Origin: Pseudomonadota bacterium
GTDB lineage: Bacteria; Pseudomonadota; Alphaproteobacteria; Rhodobacterales; Rhodobacteraceae
Length of the DNA: 64,000 bases
Reading direction: 5' to 3'
Assembly (NCBI GenBank): GCA_038757905.1
Contig: JBCDGG010000003.1
Location: 7,033 to 71,032 of the forward strand
The position numbers and the translations under genes were made by a program. Positions within the stretch are counted from its first letter, which is position 1, and each line of letters opens with the position of its first letter. Below are positions 29,986 to 37,290 of the stretch, piece after piece. The notes below the pieces were generated by a model, which was not told the origin of the DNA, did no database searches, and worked only from the letters and a program-made list of their open reading frames with translations.

Positions 29986-30975
29986 ATGATCGAGGAGTAC
30001 GGGCAGACGGGTGCAGGACAGCCTGTTCAGCGCATCGCGATCTCGGATGGCGCGCTAAGCGCCGGGGTTTTGACCCTCGGCGCCATCCTGCAGGACCTTC
30101 GGCTATCCGGCCGCCCCGTCACCCTCGGCGCGCAGCGCCTGGCGGCCTATGACAACGGGCCGATGCGCTATTTCGGCGCCGTGATCGGGCCGGTGGCGGG
30201 CCGCATCGCCGGTGCGCGCGGGACCATCGGGGACAGGTCCGTTCAGATGGAAGCCAATGAAGGCCCGAACGCCCTGCATTCCGGCAGCGCCGGCCTGCAC
30301 CGCCAGATCTGGCAGGTCGAAACGCACGATGCAGCCTCCGTCGCGCTGCGGTGTGTTGCGGCCCCCGGCGACGGCGGACTGCCCGGCGCACGCGTGTTCC
30401 GGGCGGTCTACGCGCTAGCGGACGGAGCCCTTCGATTGACGCTCGAAGCCGAGACCGACGCGCCGACCTGGATCAACCTCACGCAGCACAGCTATTGGCA
30501 TCTGGGGGGCCCGCCGGGTGTCGACGGGCACCGGCTGCGGATCTGGGCGGAACGGTATCTGCCGATCGACGCTGCAACTCTGCCCACGGGCGAGATCACC
30601 CCGGTGCCGGACACGGCGTTCGACTTCCGCGGCGGTCGCGCGCTCGGCCCGGGGGATCGGCTCGATCACTGCTTCTGCGTCGCCGATGCCGCCCGCGCGC
30701 TCTCGACCGTGGCGCAGGTGACGGGCCCGGACGGCACGACGTTGACGCTCTCGACCGAGGCGCCGGGGCTTCAGGTCCACACGGGTGATGGGGTGTCGGT
30801 GCCGGCCGAGCTGGGTCTCGACGGATTGGGAGCACCGATGCGGCCCGGACTCGCACTCGAACCCCAGGACTGGCCCGATGCACCATCGCACCCGGGCTTC
30901 CCGTCGATCCTGCTGCAGCCCGGCACGGTCTGGCGGCGTGTGAGTGTCTTTGCCCTGAGCGGCGGCCCGGACTAG
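29986..30975 (+). CDS. galM: Aldose 1-epimerase (galactose mutarotase family)
   Basis: YFGAVIGPVAGRIA, NALHSG..G...IW and NLTQHSYWHL are typical mutarotase blocks. Confidence 0.82.
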   Translation: MIEEYGQTGAGQPVQRIAISDGALSAGVLTLGAILQDLRLSGRPVTLGAQRLAAYDNGPMRYFGAVIGPVAGRIAGARGTIGDRSVQMEANEGPNALHSGSAGLHRQIWQVETHDAASVALRCVAAPGDGGLPGARVFRAVYALADGALRLTLEAETDAPTWINLTQHSYWHLGGPPGVDGHRLRIWAERYLPIDAATLPTGEITPVPDTAFDFRGGRALGPGDRLDHCFCVADAARALSTVAQVTGPDGTTLTLSTEAPGLQVHTGDGVSVPAELGLDGLGAPMRPGLALEPQDWPDAPSHPGFPSILLQPGTVWRRVSVFALSGGPD

Positions 30976-31023
30976 CCAAGCCGCCCGCCTTCGCGCGCCC
31001 CTGACGACCATCCGAGGTCAGCG

Positions 31024-31187
31024 CTGGCCGAGCGGGGCGTCGACCGAAACGGAGCGCCGAGGCGGCCCAGGCTTGAGCTCGATCCCCAGAACTGACCCGA
31101 CGCGCCATCGCAACCGGGCTTCCCGTCGATCCCGCAACGGCCCGGCACGGTCCGGTGGCATGCGAATGTTTTTGCCTTCGGCGCAGG
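31024..31187 (+). pseudogene. Decayed duplicate of the last ~165 nt of galM
   Basis: Colinear, gap-free alignment with 30802-30965 at a constant offset of 222 nt. For example gggcttcccgtcgatcc and cccggcacggtc are shared. The Trp codon tgg of the parent is tga in the copy. Confidence 0.8.
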
Positions 31188-31245
31188 CAAAGACGGCAGG
31201 AGCTAGCGCCCTGCCCCGTCTTCGCACCCCGCGTAGACCCCCGTG

Positions 31246-33969
31246 TCAGCGACCGGTGAGCAGGGAGTTCGGGCGCCGTTCGATGGCCCGGGCGAGCGAG
31301 CGGATGGCGTCGGCGGCCCGGCCGACCTCGCGCAGAGCGGAACGGGCCTCCCGGTTGAGCGCGCCCGCCTCGCCCAGGGTGGCAAAGGTCTCCTCCGCCG
31401 CCTCCAGCGCGTCTGCCGTGCGCTCGACCAGCGCGGGCAGATCCTCGGCCGTGGCGGCGAAACTGTCGGCGGCCCGGCGTGCGGATGCTAGTGTCTCGTT
31501 CACATTCTCCACCGTCCCGCCCGCGCGCAGCTCCGCCACCGCGGCTTCGACCTCCTCCAGGGCGCGGCCGACGCGTTCGGGCAGAGCGCGCGCCCCGTCC
31601 GTGTCGAGCACCCGGCGCGCGGCGGAGGCGAGCTGGGCTATCTCGTCCAGGAGTGCTTCGAACTCCAGCGTTTCCGCCCGTGCGGCCACCGCATCGATCC
31701 GCGCCACGAGGTCCGGCACATCCGCCACCGCCTCCGACACGTCGTCGGCGGCCTCGCTTGCGGCGTCGAGCGTCGCGGACAGACGGCCGACGCTGTCCTC
31801 GGCCTCGAAATCCGCCAGAATCGCGCGGGCCTCGTCCACCGTCGCGCTCAGACTGTCGAGGGTCTGGCCGAGTTGTCCGGGCAGTGCGCGCGTCTCCTCG
31901 GTGCCGAGGATGCCGCGGGCCTCGGCCAGCACGCCGCTCGCCTGATCCACCAGATCCTCGAGCGCGAGGGCCTGGGCCTGCGCCGCCACGGCATCAAGCC
32001 GTTCGACCAGCGCCGGGATGCCTTCGACGGCCGCGCCCACATCGTCGGCCGCGGTGGCGGCGGCATCGAGCGTGGTCGAAAGGCGCCCGACGCTGTTCTC
32101 GGCATCGAAATCGGCCAGGATCGCCTGCGCGTCCGTCATCGCGGCGTTCAGGCTGTCGAGCGTCCGCCCGAGCTGGCCGGGCAGCGCTTGGGTTTCCTCG
32201 GTCCGCAGGATGCCGCGCGCATCGGCCAGGACGCCGCGCGCCTGGTCCACCAGATCTTCGAGCGCCAGAGCCTCCGCCTGCGCCGCGACGGCGTCGACAC
32301 GCTCGACCAGCGCGGGCACGCCCGCCACCGCCGTGCCCACCTCCTCGGCGGCGCTCGTCGCGGCGGTCACGGCCTCGTTGAGGTTGGCCACGACGCCTTC
32401 CGCGCGGATGTCCTGCAACACGCCCGTCGCTTCCGCGACGGCCGTCTCCAGCGTGTCGAGCGCCGCGCTGACGCGGGTGGGCAGCGCCTGCACCTCGTCG
32501 CTGCCGACCACCGCGCGCACCTCCTCGACAAGGCCGACGACCTCGCCGGAGGCGCGCTGGATGTCCCCGTTCTCCACCAGATTGCGGGCGCTCTGCAGGA
32601 AGGCGATGGTGTTTTCCAGCACCTCCTCCACCGGCAGGTTGTTCACCCGCGCGATCAGGCCCTGCGCGGCTCCGGCGACGTCCTCGATCTCTGCCGGGGC
32701 GGTGGGGATCACCGGGAAGGGCAGCGCGTCGCGGTCAAAGAGCGCCGGCGCGGCGTCGGGCACGTCGACGAGTTCCACCTTCAGCCCGCCGGTGATGAGC
32801 GAGGCGTTGGCGAGCCGTGCCCGCAAGCCTTCGCCGACCCGGGTTTCGAGAAAGGACAGCACCTCCTCGCGGGCATCGTCGTCGCCCCGCATGCTGATCT
32901 GGTCGAGACGTACGGAGAGCGTCGCCACGAGGCGCACCCGATCGTCTCCGAAGCGCTCGGGGTCGACCTGGCCCGACAGATCGACGACCTCGCCGATCCG
33001 CAGCCCGCGCAGTTCCACATCGGCGCCGGTCGTCAGGCCGGCCACGTTGTCCTCGAACACCGCCGTGACATTGAGGCGCGGCGCGTTGGCATCGTCGGCC
33101 GAGAACAGGCTGGCTACCGCGCCTTCGCGGTTCTCGTAGATGTCGAACACCGCGCCCTCTACCGTCGGCGCGCCGCCGGAGACGACGGTTTCGAAACTGA
33201 GCCCGCCGCGCACCAGCGAGGCCAGCGAGGCGAAGTTGAGCGAGGCGCCCTGCGGCCCGATGTCGAGCGAGAAGCCGGAGACGGACCAAAAGCGCGTGCG
33301 GTCGGTCAAACGGGCCGCGTGCGGGTCGCGGATGAAGGCATCCGCCAGAACGCTGATCCCGTCGGAGGCGATGCGGGGCTGGCCGACCACCCCGACCTGC
33401 AGACCCCGGTAGAGGATCGGCGCGCCCGCCGTCAGTCCGCGTCCCGTCTCCGTACGCAGGACGACGCGCAGGCCCTCCTCGTCCGGGCGGGCGACGGGTG
33501 TCTCGTCGAGCCCGACATGGCGTTCGAGGAACGCGCCCTGCGTTCCGTCCCAGCTTCCTTCGATATAGACGCCCGAGAGAACGGTGCTGAGGCCCTGGAC
33601 GCCCTCGGCCGTCACCTCGGGCCGCACCACCCAGAACTCCGCGCCGTCGTCGACGTAGTCCGCGACTTCCTCGTCGAGCCGCACCGTGACGACCACCCGG
33701 TCGAGCCCCGGGGTGAAGCCCACCCGCTCCACCTGCCCGACACCGATATCGCGGTAGCGCAGCTCCGTCTCGCCCGCCGCGATGCCCGAGCCGTTGGCGA
33801 AGGTGATCTCGATCACCGGTCCGCGGTCGGAATAGGCCTGCCACGCCAGCGCCAAGGCCAGGAGCAGCGCGCCGATGGGTACGATCCAGACGATCGACAT
33901 CCGCTCCATCAGCGCGCGCTGCGCCGGCTGAACCGCGGCCGCCGGAATGTCGGACCGGGGATCGCTCAT
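31246..33969 (-). CDS. pqiB: PqiB-like MCE-domain intermembrane transport protein with an unusually long repeat-built C-terminal helical region
   Basis: N-terminal TM (MSIVWIVPIGALLLALALAW), then three MCE domains (aa ~45-410), then about 490 Ala/Glu/Leu-rich residues. ATGA overlap with the upstream pqiA gene. Confidence 0.85.
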   Translation of the reverse strand: MSDPRSDIPAAAVQPAQRALMERMSIVWIVPIGALLLALALAWQAYSDRGPVIEITFANGSGIAAGETELRYRDIGVGQVERVGFTPGLDRVVVTVRLDEEVADYVDDGAEFWVVRPEVTAEGVQGLSTVLSGVYIEGSWDGTQGAFLERHVGLDETPVARPDEEGLRVVLRTETGRGLTAGAPILYRGLQVGVVGQPRIASDGISVLADAFIRDPHAARLTDRTRFWSVSGFSLDIGPQGASLNFASLASLVRGGLSFETVVSGGAPTVEGAVFDIYENREGAVASLFSADDANAPRLNVTAVFEDNVAGLTTGADVELRGLRIGEVVDLSGQVDPERFGDDRVRLVATLSVRLDQISMRGDDDAREEVLSFLETRVGEGLRARLANASLITGGLKVELVDVPDAAPALFDRDALPFPVIPTAPAEIEDVAGAAQGLIARVNNLPVEEVLENTIAFLQSARNLVENGDIQRASGEVVGLVEEVRAVVGSDEVQALPTRVSAALDTLETAVAEATGVLQDIRAEGVVANLNEAVTAATSAAEEVGTAVAGVPALVERVDAVAAQAEALALEDLVDQARGVLADARGILRTEETQALPGQLGRTLDSLNAAMTDAQAILADFDAENSVGRLSTTLDAAATAADDVGAAVEGIPALVERLDAVAAQAQALALEDLVDQASGVLAEARGILGTEETRALPGQLGQTLDSLSATVDEARAILADFEAEDSVGRLSATLDAASEAADDVSEAVADVPDLVARIDAVAARAETLEFEALLDEIAQLASAARRVLDTDGARALPERVGRALEEVEAAVAELRAGGTVENVNETLASARRAADSFAATAEDLPALVERTADALEAAEETFATLGEAGALNREARSALREVGRAADAIRSLARAIERRPNSLLTGR
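31320..32520 (-). repeat. Four in-frame 300-nt (100-aa) tandem units inside pqiB; the two central units are most similar
   Basis: Sequence lines 300 nt apart align column for column. Compare 31921 ctcggccagcacgccgctcgcctgatccaccagatcctcgagcgc with 32221 atcggccaggacgccgcgcgcctggtccaccagatcttcgagcgc. Copies at 31621 and about 31321 are more degenerate. Confidence 0.85.
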
Positions 33970-34664
33970 TCGGCAGCCTGCCGCGATCGGGCGGCCCCTG
34001 CACGGGTCTGCGCCCCGTCGTCGTCCGCATCCGCGTCAAGCGCGGCCACGTTGTCCCAGATTCCGCGGCTGTCGAACGAGCGTGCCGCGAGCATCGTGAA
34101 GATGACCGACAGCGCGAAGGCCAGCGCGGCCGGGCCGGGGTTGATCGTCGCCACCACCGAAAGCTGCACAAGCGATGCAAGGATCGCGACCACGAAGACG
34201 TCGATCATCGACCACCGCCCAATGAATTCCACCAGTTCATAGAGCTGCATACGGCGCAGCGCCGGGCCGCGCCAGCCCCACTGGATCGCCAGCGCGAGAT
34301 AGGCGATCGCAACGAACTTCGCGATGGGGATCGCGACCGACGCGAACAGGATCACGAAGGCGACGCCATAGGCCCCGTGATGCACCAGATCCACGGCCCC
34401 GCCGATGATCGTACTGTCGGTCGTGCCGAACAGGGTGCGGGTGATGAGCATCGGGTAGAGGTTTGCCGGAATGTAAGCCATCAGCCCGATCGTCCACCAT
34501 GCCCAGACGCGCGACAGCGCCCGGGCATCGCGGCTCATCAGCACGGCGCCGCAGCGGCCGCATTTGGGCGTGCCCTTGGGCCAGACCTTGGCACAGTGGG
34601 TGCAGCCGACAAGGCCCGCCCCGCGGGCCGTGACGACCTGTGCATTGGGGAGATGGGCGCTCAT
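33966..34664 (-). CDS. pqiA: Paraquat-inducible protein A family membrane protein (second of two)
   Basis: Zn-ribbon-like CTHCAKVW...CGRCGA followed by PqiA-type TMs (LYPMLIT, WSMIDVFVVAIL). ATGA overlaps at both ends. Confidence 0.82.
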   Translation of the reverse strand: MSAHLPNAQVVTARGAGLVGCTHCAKVWPKGTPKCGRCGAVLMSRDARALSRVWAWWTIGLMAYIPANLYPMLITRTLFGTTDSTIIGGAVDLVHHGAYGVAFVILFASVAIPIAKFVAIAYLALAIQWGWRGPALRRMQLYELVEFIGRWSMIDVFVVAILASLVQLSVVATINPGPAALAFALSVIFTMLAARSFDSRGIWDNVAALDADADDDGAQTRAGAARSRQAAE

Positions 34665-35380
34665 CGTGCCGTTCCCGTTTTGGGATGCGGGTTCTGCTCC
34701 AGCGCCTTCCAGATCGTGTAGCGGCAGGTGAAGGTGTCCTGCAGCAGCGTGATCAGCACCAGCAGCGCAAACATCCAGAACGCCGGGCCGATCTCGACCC
34801 GGGCCAGATCGACGATCTTCACGAGCGAAACGCCGACGCCCAGGATGAAGATCTCGGCCATGGACCACGGCCGCAGCGTGTCGGCCCAGCGAAACGCCGT
34901 GCGCCCTCCCCGCAAGGCCGGCCGCCCCATCAGGATCGGGCCGAGAGCGTAGGTGGTCAGCAACACCCTCGCCATGGGAATGCCGATGATGAAGGCGGTC
35001 ACGCTGAGCGAGACCCAGACAAGCTCCGGCCCGGTGAAGACGATGGCCGCGTCGAAGATCGACGAGGCATGCGAAAAGCCCCGCACCTTGATCTCCAGAA
35101 ACGGAAGAAACAGCGCGCCCACGAGCAGGATCAGCACGGCAAGCCCCAGTGCCACGATCTGCAGGATCGCCCCGGCGCGCGGCCGGATCAGCACGTGATG
35201 GCAGCGCGCGCAGGTTGTCCGCCCGCCCACCTCCGGCTCGCGAATGCGCCACAACGCATCGCAGGCCGGGCAGACGATGAACTCGCCGAGCGCATCGGCC
35301 CCGGGCGCATCAGTCCCGGTCGGATCGGCCACGGGCGCATCGGTCCCGGGCATGTCGGGTGAGGCGGTTGTCTGCGTCAT
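34661..35380 (-). CDS. pqiA: Paraquat-inducible protein A family membrane protein (first of two)
   Basis: CPACDALW...CARCHHVL zinc-ribbon-like motif followed by PqiA-type TMs (WSMAEIFILGVGVSLVK). Confidence 0.82.
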   Translation of the reverse strand: MTQTTASPDMPGTDAPVADPTGTDAPGADALGEFIVCPACDALWRIREPEVGGRTTCARCHHVLIRPRAGAILQIVALGLAVLILLVGALFLPFLEIKVRGFSHASSIFDAAIVFTGPELVWVSLSVTAFIIGIPMARVLLTTYALGPILMGRPALRGGRTAFRWADTLRPWSMAEIFILGVGVSLVKIVDLARVEIGPAFWMFALLVLITLLQDTFTCRYTIWKALEQNPHPKTGTAR

Positions 35381-35454
35381 ATGCGCTCCTCGTGCGCTGA
35401 ACTTAATGCGCCGCAGGGCAGGTTACAAAGGGCGGAAGCAACGGCGGGCCCCTG

Positions 35455-36050
35455 CGGCGCCACCTGCACCGCCCCTTTGCCCCTCGGATCTCTTGCGAGA
35501 GGGCCGCGCGCCACCGACGGGAGCGCAAACCGAAACGCCCACCGTGAGGCTTCCGACACAGGCAGGTCCCGGCGGCACCGCCCTTCACCAGCCCTTTGCC
35601 TTGCTGCACATCTCCGAGGGGACCGCGCATTATAGCAAGGGAGGCAAACCGAACTGTTCGACGCCAAGTCCCGGGCACCAACCGACCCCGTGGCAAGCCG
35701 CCTCTCGGAACGCCCATGCCTCACCGCTCGTCCGTGACGGGGGCCCGTGTCACCGGAAGGGGCGCGCACCGAAGACCTCGACGACGAGTCCCGGTCAACG
35801 GCGGACCTCGGTACACGGCGCCTCTGTCCGTCCCTTCGCCGCAACGCCCATATGTAAGGGGCCGCGCCTCCAAGAGCAGCGTGTGCCGGAACACTCGACG
35901 GCAACTCCCGGGCTGCAAACGGCCAAGGTGCAAGCCGCCCCTCTCCGCCCCGTCCATGCGTGAGGCGTCCCGGGTCAGCGGCCTGAGCGCAAACCGAAAG
36001 GTTTGACGCAACGCCCCCGGCATCTGCGGGCGCCTGCCGCTCTTGATCAC
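35455..36050. repeat. Degenerate tandem array, about five units of ~118-121 bp, non-coding
   Basis: Anchors recur as follows. 'ccgcgc' at 35504, 35623, (cccgtg 35744) and 35862. 'accgaa' at 35529, 35648, 35768, (ccggaa 35886) and 35993. The exact 15-mer gagcgcaaaccgaaa occurs at 35521 and 35985. Confidence 0.8.
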
Positions 36051-36184
36051 CACCATGCCTCAAAGCCCCCTTCCTTCCCTCTCACCTTTCTCACCAGATA
36101 ACCGCGCGCGTCCGGCGTGGGTGCGCATCGAAGGGCTTGACGGCAGGCCCGGGTCAGATCCTTGTTCGGCGCAGGAGGTCGCGC

Positions 36185-37183
36185 ATGCTGAACACCCAGG
36201 TCATCCTCGCCCGCCGCCCGGTCGGTGTGCCGCGCCCCGCGCATTTCGCCATCGAGACGGCCGAGATCGGCACGCCGGCGGAGGGCGAGGTGCTGGTGCG
36301 CGCCACCCATTGGTCGGTGGATCCGGCCATGCGCGGCTGGGCGAATGACGGCCCGAACTATGCACCCCCGGTGCCCCTTGGCACCCCGATGCGGGCCTTC
36401 GCGGTCGGAGAGGTGCTGACCTCCAACCACCCCGACTACCGCGGCGGCGACCTCGTGGAGGGCCTCTTCGGCTGGCAGACTCACGCAGTCGTCACAGGCG
36501 CGGAGATCGGGCGCAAAGTGACGGAGACGGACCTGCCGCCGACCTACGCTCTGGGCATCCTCGGCCTTAATGGCACCACCGCCTATTTCGGCTTGCGGGA
36601 AAGCTGCGGCGCCGCGGCGGGCGACACCGTCGTCGTCTCGACGGCGGCGGGCGCCGTCGGATCGGCGGTGGGCCAGATCGCCAAGATCCTCGGCTGCCGG
36701 ACGGTCGGCATCGCGGGTGGGCCCGACAAGATCCGCCAGTGCCGCGACGCCTTCGGCTATGATGCAGCCATCGATTACAAGACCGAGGACGTGTCCGCTG
36801 CCCTCGCGCTGCACTGCCCGGACGGCGTCGATTGCTATTTCGACAATACCTGCGGCCCAATCTCGGACGCCGTGATGCAGCATCTCGCGCCCGGGGCGCG
36901 GATCACCGTCTGCGGCACGGCCGCCGTCACCGAGTGGGACCCGCCGCCCCTCGGGCCGCGCGTGCACCGTCAATTGCTCGTCGCCCGGGCGCGGATGCAG
37001 GGCTTTCTCATCTTCGACTACAAGGACCGGCTGCCGGAGGCGCGTGCCGCCCTCGCCGACTGGCTTCGGGCAGGCAAACTGACCGTGCGCGAGCATATCC
37101 TCGACGGACCGGAGGCCGCGCCCGGCGCCATCGAGATGCTCTATCGCGGCGCGAATACCGGCAAGCTGATCGTCGCCGTCTGA
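36185..37183 (+). CDS. NADP-dependent oxidoreductase, medium-chain dehydrogenase/reductase family (YncB/CurA/PTGR1-like)
   Basis: Start at MLNTQVILARRP with AGGAGG 7 nt upstream. Blocks GETVVVSTAAGAVGSAVGQIAK and GKLIV are typical of the family. Confidence 0.82.
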   Translation: MLNTQVILARRPVGVPRPAHFAIETAEIGTPAEGEVLVRATHWSVDPAMRGWANDGPNYAPPVPLGTPMRAFAVGEVLTSNHPDYRGGDLVEGLFGWQTHAVVTGAEIGRKVTETDLPPTYALGILGLNGTTAYFGLRESCGAAAGDTVVVSTAAGAVGSAVGQIAKILGCRTVGIAGGPDKIRQCRDAFGYDAAIDYKTEDVSAALALHCPDGVDCYFDNTCGPISDAVMQHLAPGARITVCGTAAVTEWDPPPLGPRVHRQLLVARARMQGFLIFDYKDRLPEARAALADWLRAGKLTVREHILDGPEAAPGAIEMLYRGANTGKLIVAV

Positions 37184-37290
37184 CCGCGCGCCGCCGAGGC
37201 GGCGGCAGGCAGCGGCACGCCCCTGCGCGCCAGCCCGCCCTTTCCCTCGCTCCGCGCCTCGTCTAACCCTGTCCCAAGGGAGGACCAATC

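Noticed and set aside
35455-36050. CRISPR array as an explanation for the periodic intergenic repeats.
   Set aside because: The whole ~120-bp unit is homologous between copies, rather than short identical repeats separated by unique spacers. The repeats are degenerate and there are no cas genes in the window.
35244-36063. ORFs 35244..35963 (+, 239 aa), 35377..36063 (-, 228 aa) and others spanning the tandem array. The + frame even shows a faint 40-aa periodicity (EGRAP.. / EGTAH.. / DGGPC.. / KGPRL..).
   Set aside because: Unit spacings of 118-121 nt and internal 1-2-nt indels shift the frame between and within units (e.g. 'gcg caa acc gaa' versus 'ggc aaa ccg aac'). Third-position GC is well below that of real genes here. 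The composition is basic and Pro/Thr/Cys-rich, and there is no RBS.
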